A DNA stretch of 64,000 bases from Utricularia gibba (lineage: Eukaryota > Plantae > Magnoliophyta): assembly GCA_002189035.1 (NCBI GenBank), contig NEEC01000002.1, positions 6,758,001 through 6,822,000 on the forward strand, read 5' to 3'. A program made the translations under genes and the position numbers. The notes beneath the pieces are model-generated. The model had not been told where the DNA came from. It saw nothing but the letters and a program-made list of their open reading frames with translations, and searched no databases. This document shows positions 1-11,022 of the stretch, piece after piece. Each line of letters opens with the position of its first letter. The stretch's first letter is position 1.

Positions 1-88
1 AGGAGAATGAGGTTTCATTACAGAAATGTGTTCTTTTTCCTTTTACTGGAGTCTGCAGGAAACAAGTAACCGCAGATTTGAAACTTAC

Positions 89-3000
89 AGAACAGTGAGA
101 CTAAGGCAGTTAGCAAGAAACTTCATATCGCCACTCAGGTTATTGTTTTCCAGCTTCCTGCAAAGATTTTAGGAGCTTATATGCAAATCTGTAGTTTTAT
201 CAATGAGAACAGACGAAACGGGATGATCGAAAGTACAGCAAGAAAATGTTTTGAAGCTGGCCTAGTTCCTCAGGAATAGAACCAGATAAATGGTTGCTAG
301 AAATATCTCTGCAAGAAAAAAAAATGTTGTTTCAAATGTCTATGAAGATGGCACACAATTTTAAAAAAATGGAGTGTTCTTACATCTCCATGATACTCCT
401 CAAGTTTCCAAACTCCGAGGGTATCGATCCCGTCAGCTGATTGTTGCTCAAGTTACTACACAATGATTATGGAAAATGAGACATATAAGGCAGTGTATGC
501 GGTAAAGGGCAGCCGGAAAACTTACAGTTTCAGGAGATGTTCCAAATCACCAAGAGATGAAGGCAAAGAGCCACTAAGCATATTACTAGAAAGGTCTCTG
601 CTCCAAGCCAAGTAATAAAAGGGTTATTATGAAAAGAACAAAGAGTGCTTCGTTTAACATGCTGAAAACTTACATTGTGTCCAAATTTCCGATGCGGGAA
701 AGCTCGATAGGAACTGGTCCCATCAGATTGTTGGAGGAAATGTTCCTTTGTTCAATATTATATCAGAAGATGAAACATTCAGAAACAGAATTTCATGGTT
801 TAGCTCTCAGATCTTACAGATAAGTCATTCTCTCCAGCTTCTGGAAAGCTAATGGAATAGTTCCATTCAATTTGTTTCCATGAACGTTCCTGTTTAGAGG
901 CATATGGATTAAGATCCACAAAAAGATGAATAATCAACAAATCAAGGAGAGTATACTTACAAGCTATTCAGATTCGCACAAGAACTGAGGTTTTCAGGTA
1001 TAGGTCCCTCCAGGTTATTGTTTGCCAGATTTCTACATTTATAAAGATTTGTGGGCTTATTCAAGACATCAGAGAAAGAGAGAAGAGCATTTTGAAAATG
1101 CTGAACATACAGGTCAAACAAATCTGTGAGCTTTCCGAGTTCAAGAGGAATACTTCCAGTCAAAAAGTTATCATTCAGTTCCCTGGAAAAACATGATGAT
1201 CAACGAGGGGCTCGAGTATATTACAGCATGAAACATGAGAAGGATTCATACAAGTAATGAAGTTTCGACATCTCTCCCAACTCAGGAGGGATGGATCCGG
1301 TCAGCCGGTTACTATGAAGATACCTGGCAATGAAAATTCTTGTTATTGTATGTCCAGAACCGATTCCACAATTCAAGAATAAGTAAAGTTGACAGACATC
1401 ACTTACAACTTCTCAGTGTAACTCAAATTTCCAAGAATGGGCGGGATTGCACCAGAGAGCATATTAAAGCTAAGATCACTGGAGAAATGCAATTCAAAAG
1501 AAGCAACCATCTGTTAAAATACGATGTGATCATGCCAGTAAATCATGGAGATGAACCAACAATAAAAAAAATACATACAGCACAGCCAAGGCCTGCATGA
1601 GGCCAATGACAGAAGGGATTTCCCCGCTGAAACGGTTATTTTGAAGGGACCTGAAATTTACACACCGTACATTGGCTATAACTTGCATTGCTTAGTTTTA
1701 ATTGCTTCAACAGAGCTTTCAAGTGAGATTGGTTTAAAGTATGCTTACAGTGTAGCGACCTGGAGAAATCCGATATTGAATGGAATTTCACCCGAAAAAT
1801 TGTTGTAAGACAAGTCCCTGGGATCCAAATATTTTTTGTTCTTAGACCATTTAAAGCTTTCGGAGAAAACAATAGAGAAATGTGAGGCAGGTACTTACAA
1901 AACCTGGAAGGATGTGCAGTTGCCGATGTTATCAGGTATCGCACCACTCAAGCTGTTGTTCCTAACATCACTGGAGAATCAAATGCAGGACGTGGTTAAG
2001 ACTTTAAATCTGTGGTGGAATGTTTTGACGAGAAGATTGTAAGATGGTGAAGAGATACTCACAAATACCACAATGAAGTTAACTGGCAGATATCAGAAGA
2101 TAGAGTTCCTTGAAGGTTGTTGCTCCTCAACCCACTGACCAAATTACAGAAAACGCTACTTAGTTTACATTGAAAAACAGTGGGATTCTACTCAAATATT
2201 TAACTTACAGGAACTGCAAAACTTCATTCCAATATAGCAACCGCGGAATCTCGCCACTCAGGCTGTTTTGAGCTAAGTCACTATGGGAGAATAAAATATC
2301 AGCATGTTTATTCAGATAAAGAAGAATACTGGTGTTGCAGCATGACTCACAGAATTTTCAGATTTGGGATCTGCGAGAGTGTTGATGGGATTGGACCGAT
2401 TAAATGATTGCTTTTCAGGATCCTTGGAGTTCACAGATTTTAAGTAACACGAGGGAAAAGAATCACAGCAGTACATGAACAAAATTGCATAGCCTAAAAC
2501 TCACAAAGTTTCTAGTTGCTTGAGCTTTGAAATCGAGAAGGGAATATCGCCATGGAGCTCATTAAATGACAGATCCCTGATAACACATCGAAAATCTTAA
2601 TACAACCCGGAATCAAGTATGTGTGACATCCCCTGTGCCATGAATAAAGGATTATTCATAGACTTACAGACTTTTCAAGGCTGAACAGTCTCCAATCTCA
2701 TCTGGAATTTGCCCAGAGAGTAAATTCCAACGCAGATCTCTGGTTGAAACAAACCAAAATATAAGGTACTGCATCACTAAACATATGCACCAACAATCAT
2801 AACAAGCAACAGACTGCCATTACATGGAGATCAGGCCTTTAAGCTTTCCTATTGCAGGTGAAATCTCGCCGTCCAAGTTCAGACCAGAAAGATTCCTGAG
2901 GCATGATCAACGCATTCATATCCAAGTTACGTGCATGCTATACAAAGGAATAACAGAGTACAGTAAATAAAACAAGGATACAGAATTTACAATGCAGCCA

Positions 3001-3547
3001 CACTATGGGTGATATTGTCGCATGTTATCCCTTGCCAAGTACAGAAGTCTGAAGATGGTGCATCTTTCCAGTTGAGCACATTGTTAACATCCTTAAACGA
3101 CCTCTTAATCTCCAGCAAAGTTGCCCCTTTTTTGCAGAGAAAAATCAGAAAAAAAATGTGAATAAAACAGAACAAGGAGTACAGGTCCTCTGGTACAAGA
3201 TTTCATAATGAAGTTACTAAAACTTTTGAACTTCAACTGATCTTGTAGGCAAATTACTAAGAGGGTAAAAAGAAAGAAAAAAACATAGATTAGTATAGAC
3301 AGTGACGTAATTAATTGGTCAAAGACAAACAAATCCCGCTGCTTTCTCGAGAAAATAACAAAACTTGGACCATCAATATATGAATCTCCAATACGACGCG
3401 TAAGATAAGCCAAAATTGAAGACGACCCGAATAATAAAATAGCAGCAACAAGCAACGCTCACCGTCATCGCAATTTACAGAAGCAGCTAGGCATAAGAAC
3501 ACCGCTAAAAACCCTGAAAGTGTAAATCTTTCCCAGGAATCCACCAT
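89..3547 (-). CDS. ERECTA: ERECTA-family LRR receptor-like kinase, 5' part (signal peptide and LRRs; TM and kinase exons lie beyond the left edge)
   Basis: I reconstructed 21 exons with GT-AG boundaries. ATG at 3547; exon 1 3547-3463 (MVDSWERF...NCDDG); exon 2 3126-2991 (ATLLEIKRSFKDVNNVL...). These are followed by mostly 72-nt one-LRR exons in constant phase, e.g. NLSGLNLDGEISPAIG (2895-2824), DLAQNSLSGEIPRLLYWNEVLQFL, ELNDNFLTGSIPLELGKLTDLFDL, NLSNNQLTGSIPSEFGNLRSIMEI and KLENNNLSGDMKFLANCLSLTVL (ends at 89). The sequence and one-intron-per-LRR layout match ERECTA; the frame is intact throughout. Confidence 0.95.
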
Positions 3548-4953
3548 TTCCAGCTTCAGAAACCAGTTAAGTGAGTATCTTGGCGTGAGGAAGCGATTTC
3601 TTCTCAACAAAAATCATCCAGCGCCCCAGAAATGTGAATGGGAAGAGCACATTGAACGAGTAAAGCTGAAATGGGAATGACTAAAGCTGCAACATCAGCA
3701 ACTAAGAAAAAACGGCTCGGGTTTGCAGACAAAGAAGACAACAATGGTGTACGGGAGAAAAATAGAGGAGGTAGAAGCAATCTCCGGAGAAAATGTGAGA
3801 GGTGGTGCGGCTTTGTTTTCTATTGTTCAATCACATCTTTCTGCAGTGGCATGGTAGAGAAGCTTGCTGGTGAGAGGTTTTAAGAGAGAAATAAATTGAA
3901 AGCATTGCATGTAAGTAAATGTGGAGAGAGGACAGTGTGAAGGGAAATTATTTGAAGGGGAAAAGGTAAAGGACCATCTGCAAACTTCTGTTCCCATCTG
4001 CTGCACTCAATAAACTCACTCAACCATATTTCCCCTTGCCAGTTTTCTTCCTACTTTATATCACAAGGTATCAACCACCCTTTCTCTTTCCATCTCTAAC
4101 TAGGCATACAAAAACGCACTCTGTCTCTCCCTCCTCTTCTACCTTTGACTGACCCCGGCAATCTCTTGGAGCTTACACCATTTTCGTTACAATCTTCACT
4201 ACCCAGAACCACCTTAGAAGGGGATCTATCCTCGTGTAAGTTTCTGCAAATGGTCCCTCAAACGTTTGCATAAAAATTGAAATCTTTAATTTCATGTTCC
4301 CTCGGCATTGAACCGATAACAAGTCGCTTTCCCTACAGAGCTATAGAGCTGAGAAGGGCAATGGCTTCTTTCAGTTAAAACTCCACGCTTTTTTTTCTTC
4401 TCCTTCAACCCAAATTTTCTATATGCGTGTAAAGTTGATGTCATTGTAGATCTTAGCTAGCAACCTACATAAGGTTAAAAAGAAGACATCTTTTCCCTTT
4501 TCCCCATCCTCCGCCAGAAACCCGTTAATCAATTCTGTGGATCTCGTTTGTTTTCCTCTGTTCCACTACACTACTCCATTTTCACTCACCATTCCCTCTT
4601 TCTTCTACTTCCATTTCTAGGCAATCCATCTAAGCTTTAGATGCACACCCTCTGCCACTCGTTGCAGTACTACTGAACTCTTCAGAACAGGCTAATGCCT
4701 TCACACTCAACTGATCACAACTGAAAATCTTCACATCTGTCAACCCATTAACAAAAAGATGCGAGCTTTACGCAACTTTTCGCGTTCGGACACAGTGAGG
4801 ATCGCGTACCGACAACAAAACCATGCCGTTCATCCAGTATCTTGGCCGTTAACAATCTGAATAAATGTAATCATTTTAAAATAAATCTATAATTACAAAA
4901 TTCAAAATGATGTGTCGCTTAAAAAAGTACTTAAAATACAAGAAAGTTAAATT

Positions 4954-5339
4954 ACATTTCAGCACCTGGAAGAGAAAGTACAATTATGAGATTATAATAT
5001 AAAATTATTTTTCAAATTTCACAATTTTATTATCAAATATAAACTATCTCTATTTCAAAAAAATATATAAAAAAGTTTTCTACTATGTAGTATTGTTTGC
5101 ATGCTACATTTTTTAATTTTTAAAAAGCTAAAAAAATTCCAAATTTTAATTTTTCGGATTCTTTTCTTAAAAAGTAAATCAGTATATGAAATAAAGTAGC
5201 ATCACTTAAAAAAGTGAGCAACTTGACTATTTAGCATATAAAAATCAAATAATTTACTATCTATACTTTATTATTTTTCATGAATTAATTATATTTATAT
5301 TTATAAAATATCTGACTAAGAAAAACATTTCAGCACCTG
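4954..5339. repeat. Perfect 15-bp direct repeat (ACATTTCAGCACCTG) flanking a 356-bp AT-rich segment
   Basis: Identical 15-mers at 4954-4968 and 5325-5339, read directly from the sequence. Confidence 0.75.
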
Positions 5340-7462
5340 CACATTTTCCCAGAATGCCCCGGAAACCGTAATCCGAATGTCAAAATAATTATCACTTCCG
5401 GGTAAGTAATGTTATTAAGTAAAACTTGGGGAGAGGAAGTGAATAACAAAATGGACCCCAAAGGTTTGTAATAATTCCAAACCGGCCCCAGGAAAAGCTA
5501 CCCACTTTTTAGTACATCGGGAAGGCCACTGCCTGCCCCCTCTCTTGGTACTCGACATTTGATGTGGGCCACCACATAACCCACTAACGGAGTTTCCGCA
5601 TTTAACGCCGTTCCGTCAGAGACAGCCATTTTCCAACGCTCTCCTAAATCCATAAGATTCATTAAATTACAATTAGGGAATTTTACCATTCTATTTCGAG
5701 TAAATAATTAAAATGTAATTCCAAATTCCAAACATAGTAAGCAGTCATTATATTTAAAATACCTCCTATAATCATATTTAAACCATATGACTAACACTAA
5801 AGGGACATATAATAGTTTTATTTAAATTAGAGTAATATCTTTGACGATAAAATGTAGTTTACAAATCTTAATTTAAAATATGTTTAAAAAGTTTATAAAT
5901 TACATTTTTTTCATCTATATTGAATAAAGTATATTTATATTATACATAAAATATTCTCTAAAGTCAACCCTAAATCATCTATCAAATATCCTCTAATATT
6001 TTAAATATAAATAACAAATGAACACAAATTACCATGAAATAAAACACAAGAAATAGCATTAAATTAATAATTATTTTTAAAAAACGGTCATGTATTGTTT
6101 GTGTATTGGACATTGGGTTAAAAAAATAATATTAAATTTTTTCATATATATTTTTATAAATGATGCAAAATTTAATGGTGGATAGCGATGGGACTGAGTA
6201 GTCGACATCGATGACCAACAACCGATCGACACGTCGGCATCTACCGACGGCCTGCTGCAGCGATTGCCGAGGCTCGGCCCTGGGCTCCTAATTATTTCAT
6301 TATTTACTCCTGCGGAAATTAGCATTTACTTGGGACTATGTATGCGCCCCTTGACCAAACTAAATAATTCAATAAACGCAACTACTATGGTGACCCATTT
6401 AATTTTCACCTTAGGGAACTTCCTAATTACGTAGCGAAAATTGATGTCCAAGGGGTCATAGTACGTTTTTGTGATGGTTCTGAATATGAATCAACTAATC
6501 GTTAAAAAACGGATACGAGATCAAAGTTTGGATCGATTCAATAGAGTCATGGTATAGTATGTTATATAAACGATCAAGGTACGTAATTAAGATATTACGA
6601 ATGATTTCGATGTCTAACGAAAGAATGATTTAGACGATAATCTATCGTTTTTCGATTATCATCTCAACCAATTCTATAGTTTGAAAACCTAGTCACGAAT
6701 GTTTGCACCTAAGAAGCTCTTGTTGGATTCCAAATTTATTGACACTGCTGAATTGCCCTATGGTGTCAAATTCCGATGTGTGACAAGTCCTTTTTTTTAG
6801 ACTATGGTTCTCCATGTGGTCAAACCAAGGGTGGACACATTTTGCAGCGGGGCCCATGATGGTGTGGACAATGGGCCCGGTTCGGCCCATTGTTAGTATA
6901 TTTTGAGTTATTACCAAATGTGAGTACGACTGATTTGTATAAAAAATTAGTTATTTGAAAAAATGTTCACAAATAAATATTTTATTTTTTTACATAATTA
7001 GTTATTAAAATATTAATAAATTATCATAATCAATACTATTTATAAAGGATTGTACAGATATAATTTAATATTTATATTTCTAAATTTTAAAAAATAATAC
7101 TTTTCATCAAAAAGAAAAATATGAAAATTACATAATTATTTAAGAAATATGCATGATAGTTGGAAGAATAATTTTTTATAACAAAAAGAATAATATCAAC
7201 ATAAATTTAAAGAAAAATTGCCTTAACATAAATAAAAATCATTTTATTTCTTTCAAAGGAGCGCAAGCGTGATTTTTCCCATAATCCTACGCTCTATTCA
7301 TTTTTTATAAGTGATTTGAATGTTTTCAAATTTTTAAAATAGTAATTTTTTATCAAAATCATTTATATTTAATTACTTAAATTCATAATTATCTTAATAC
7401 CACCAACCAATCATTCCCATTGGCAGATAGTATATATTAATTATTGAAAATAGTTGAATTTC

Positions 7463-7603
7463 TGACGTGGCATGTCATGTGACATGTGGTGAGGTTGACA
7501 TGTAGGCTGTGGCAGGCCCGGTGAGGTTACCATCATCATCTATATAATATCTAAAGGAATGTGTGAATTATTATTGGGAATGGTGGCCCAGGGGACACGT
7601 GGC
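7463..7603. promoter_or_regulatory. G-box/ABRE-like motifs (TGACGTGGC 7463-7471, CACGTGGC 7596-7603)
   Basis: Motif matches only, in a GC-richer patch with several CATGTG/CACATG words. The target gene is unknown. Confidence 0.3.
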
Positions 7604-8024
7604 ACAAATCCATGAGGACCACGAAGTGGATTGATGGACGGCACGTAGCCCTCTCCCGCACATTAAAGGCCACTTCTGCATGTGCACCATTTGGAGTCCC
7701 CATTTTCGTCCACATGCCCTAAATGGACGCCTAGTTCACATCGATAAACACTTTTCGTTTTGTTGGGAATAACTTTTGGAAAATTAATTTTGAAAAATAG
7801 AAATTGGAATTTGATAACTTATTAAAAATAAAAAATAGAAAATATTCGTGTTTCATACCAAAACTGTTTTTAAAATAGTTGTACGTTCCAAATAAAAACG
7901 TAATTTTACATTCATCTCGTAACTTTGGTGTCCGTACAAATTTCCTTTTTGGGCTCTAAGGTTAGGGCTTCGATAATTTTGGGGGTCTTGAATACATTTG
8001 CAGCTGAAAATTAGAAGAATTATG

Positions 8025-8378
8025 TGGGCCGAGTTAGCTCATTTCACCGGGCTTTGAAAAAGTAGGAGGCCCATTAAGTGTTCAGGGTTAGTTTGGTTCT
8101 TCAAAAAGACTAGAGAAGAGGGCCGGATTGGTTTGCCGCCGGCTCTTTTTTCCGATTGTTAGGTTTTGAAAGGTTCGAGCAAACGGAGGGACGGGCGTTT
8201 TTGTTCCTAAGGACAGGCCGGCGGTCCCCGGAACCCCTTGATTATTGGGCCGCGGTTGAAATTGTCGCCAAATTGATTCACAGGCTGCATAGATTGGAGT
8301 CGCCAGAGATGAGGCGATTCCAAGCTCCGAGGATTTCGCTGCCCCAAAAAACTGGCTTTGCGTCTCCGTCTAGGGTTT
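8025..8378. promoter_or_regulatory. Site II (TGGGCC/GGCCCA) plus telo-box cluster, promoter-like
   Basis: TGGGCC at 8025-8030 and 8246-8251, GGCCCA at 8068-8073, TAGGGTTT at 8371-8378. No CDS is identified downstream. Confidence 0.35.
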
Positions 8379-8737
8379 GGCCATTGTGTTGTTAATCGAT
8401 GCACGAAGAAGCACTCGTCGCTGAACGGAAAAATCCTGCATTTGATAAGCAAGAAGAGGGGTTGGTTTGGCTGAGGGAACTCTCGAAAATAAGAGAATCG
8501 ATCCGCGCCGCACTTTGCACTCCGAGCCTTCTCTCCGCCGTGAAAACGTTGATCGCTTCAAAACGTCAACCTCTGCAAGTGAACACAACTACCCTGAACT
8601 CTGATTCGAAAACCCTAAACCCCAAATTTACATATTACGTACAATGCACAGAGTGCCGGAACCCTGAAACAGGGGATGCGAATGTGAACACGATCACTTC
8701 TTCAACCCCCCTGCAACTATTTCTCCTTCTCACAACC

Positions 8738-9777
8738 CTAACCTGACAACCCCAAACATGTCTGGTTCTTAGCAGACAGCCGCTTTAGGAACTCATACGT
8801 CGTGATCATCGTCGTTGCAGACATTGTCATCGACGCCCATCTCGGACCGAAACCTCTGTAACAAGCACTCAGCCCGCCTTGGTGAACTAAGCTCCTCATT
8901 GTTTGGACGATACCTGGTTTTCTTCCGGGTTCACTTCTCCCTCCCTCCAACACCTGTAACCTTGTCTTCACGGTGTCCAATGGCATTGTCAACAGAGCAG
9001 AAGCTCCGCTAGCCACGGCGGCGCTAAAACACTGAACTGCTAACATGGATTTCCCATCTGGTTTATACCCATTATCACTTTCAGGGTTCGAAAGATAGCA
9101 TCTTAAACCATCCCAAATGGCTCTATGAGCAATGGAATACGATGCCCACCACACTGCGTTTGATGGAGCATATGCCAGAATGGATAACCCAAATCCCCTG
9201 TACAATCCCCTGACGCCATCTGATCTTATAATTTTCGTGAAAGCGTCGATCCACTGCTATACCTTCTGTAGCCAAAGGCGGAAGAAATGGCTTCGCAATT
9301 GCTTCCTTGAACCATTAGTCTCTGGCTCACAACATCGACTGGAGTCCAAACCAGTTGAGCAGCCATGGCGGCGCTAAGCCCTGCAGCAGCGTTAGCTATG
9401 GCGAAGGCGGAAGCTGCGGGCAAACCCAGATGATCACTAGCAACATTTCCTACGTTACTCTTTGTGATTTCAAGAGCACCCATGTAAAGGGCACGAGCAG
9501 GTATGGTTCCCATTACGGATGTTCCGAAGCCAAGGTAGAATCCCCTGCATCCTTCGTGTCTTAATATGGATATCGCCATTTTGAAACATGGGACGTCTTT
9601 TAGCGCCAGTTGCTGCCGAGTTTTCATCACAACCATCGGGTATAGCAAGCCCGAAACACCCGAGAACAGCGCTGCACCAAGGAAGAAGAACTTGGATTTA
9701 TCAAGCATTTCCCAGTCTATGTCTCCAGGGACTCCAACCTCGGATGCGGAATCATCATCCATGGTTCTTAAGCTCAT
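8738..9777 (-). CDS. Mitochondrial carrier, SLC25A44-like, intronless CDS with one apparent -1 frameshift at 9251-9252
   Basis: ATG at 9777 (MSLRTMDDD...DIDWEMLDKSKFFFLGAALFSG). Three carrier signatures: YPMVVMKTRQQ, TPVDVVSQRLM, MPLDTVKTRLQ. The two ORFs (9226-9786 and 8738-9205) join as YSSGIDAFTKIIRSDGVRGLYRGFG if one G is added to AGT-GG-ATC. Confidence 0.88.
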
Positions 9778-9939
9778 CGTACCCACTTTACAAAAGTGAT
9801 CTGAAGACCAGATCTTTGGATCCTAAAGGAAAAACCCAACTCCCAACGAGCTAAATAGTTCTAGAATCGAGCACACATCTACACACAGCCTCTCGAGAAG
9901 ACGACCATGTTTTAACTCTCCTCTTTCGCCGCAGTAGTT

Positions 9940-10041
9940 TCAGACGAAAAAGTAAACGGAGGCGGGTAAGCATCCAGCGTCATCGACCAAAAAAGATCTG
10001 CACTTTACGTGCGCAAGATATTTCAGGCTGGAGAAGAGCAT
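9940..10041 (-). other. Candidate upstream ORF, 33 aa (MLFSSLKYLAHVKCRSFLVDDAGCLPASVYFFV) in the leader of the carrier gene
   Basis: ATG at 10041, TGA at 9942-9940, ending 163 nt before the main ATG. A second 9-codon uORF (MVVFSRGCV) lies at 9908-9879. Transcription across it is not shown. Confidence 0.5.
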
Positions 10042-10132
10042 CTGGGGGAGTGGAATGGGAGATGGCGCCTCAAGGCTACTGCGATTTGGGGGCTTTTGGG
10101 CGAGGGTTTCTTATGGATAACGCTGATTCGGA

Positions 10133-10140
10133 CACGTGGC
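10133..10140. promoter_or_regulatory. G-box/ABRE CACGTGGC upstream of the carrier gene
   Basis: Motif match about 90 nt upstream of the candidate uORF. Confidence 0.3.
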
Positions 10141-11022
10141 TCTCGATCACTTAACGATGGGAATTCAATGCGGTGACCCACTGGATAATTTAGTGGGACC
10201 GCACTCCGCTGCCCGTCCGTTGAAACAATCCATGGGCTTGTGGGGCCCATCTAACGGATAAGTGGGACCCGAGTTGCCTTTTAATTGTTCTTTTGTGTTC
10301 TTTTGACGTGATACCCTGAATTGCCTGTTCATTTCCTAGTCAATTAGATTTACATTTTTAATTAATATTAAACATGATTAACGTCGATAATCATTATTTA
10401 ATTTAGCAACTCAGATGCGTACCGTGGACGATGCGTCTAGGGTTTTGTGGCGGCGGCGCGTGTAGAAGACGGGGAGGAGGCACGGCGGCATAGGCGAAGA
10501 TCCGGAAATTATTTAGAAATGTGGTAATTGTCACATTATCTCTTACATATTTAATCAAAAAAATATACGTATAGTAACTATTTTTTTCATACAATATTCG
10601 AGATATGATCAAATTTTCAATTCATTCCATATTCATATAGTTCATTGAAATCTTGAACGTCTCTAAGAATTGGGTGTGTTTGATTCCGTATAAAAAATTA
10701 GGTGAGATTTAATTTTTATAATATAACTAATTAAAATTATTTAAATATTTCATTAAAAATATTAAATAAATATTTTTTCTTTAATGTTTCAAGGGTGAAA
10801 TCATGAAAGACATGCATATTTTAGTATTAGCGAGGGCGGGGTCGAGATGCAATATTTGAAACTTCAGGGGCTGACTACTTTCTTGGAATTAGGGATCTAC
10901 CCCTCATATTCTATGATATTATGTTTCGGACCCCATATTTTATTCTGACTTCAACTCGTGGGAAAAGGAAAGCCCACTGTGCAGATCTTCAACAGAATTG
11001 GAGATCGTTTCGGTATCTAAGG

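Noticed and set aside
3070-3135. ERECTA exon 2 one codon shorter than remembered orthologues (VLNW versus VLYDW), with an A-rich AAAAAAG acceptor
   Set aside because: The frame is preserved and the acceptor is still AG; ordinary divergence.
8371-8741. TAGGGTTT / AAACCCTAA words as interstitial telomere
   Set aside because: They are isolated single units, consistent with telo-box promoter motifs rather than a telomeric tract.
9778-9786. ORF-track start at 9786 for the carrier
   Set aside because: That codon is GTG; the first in-frame ATG (9777) matches the family N-terminus.
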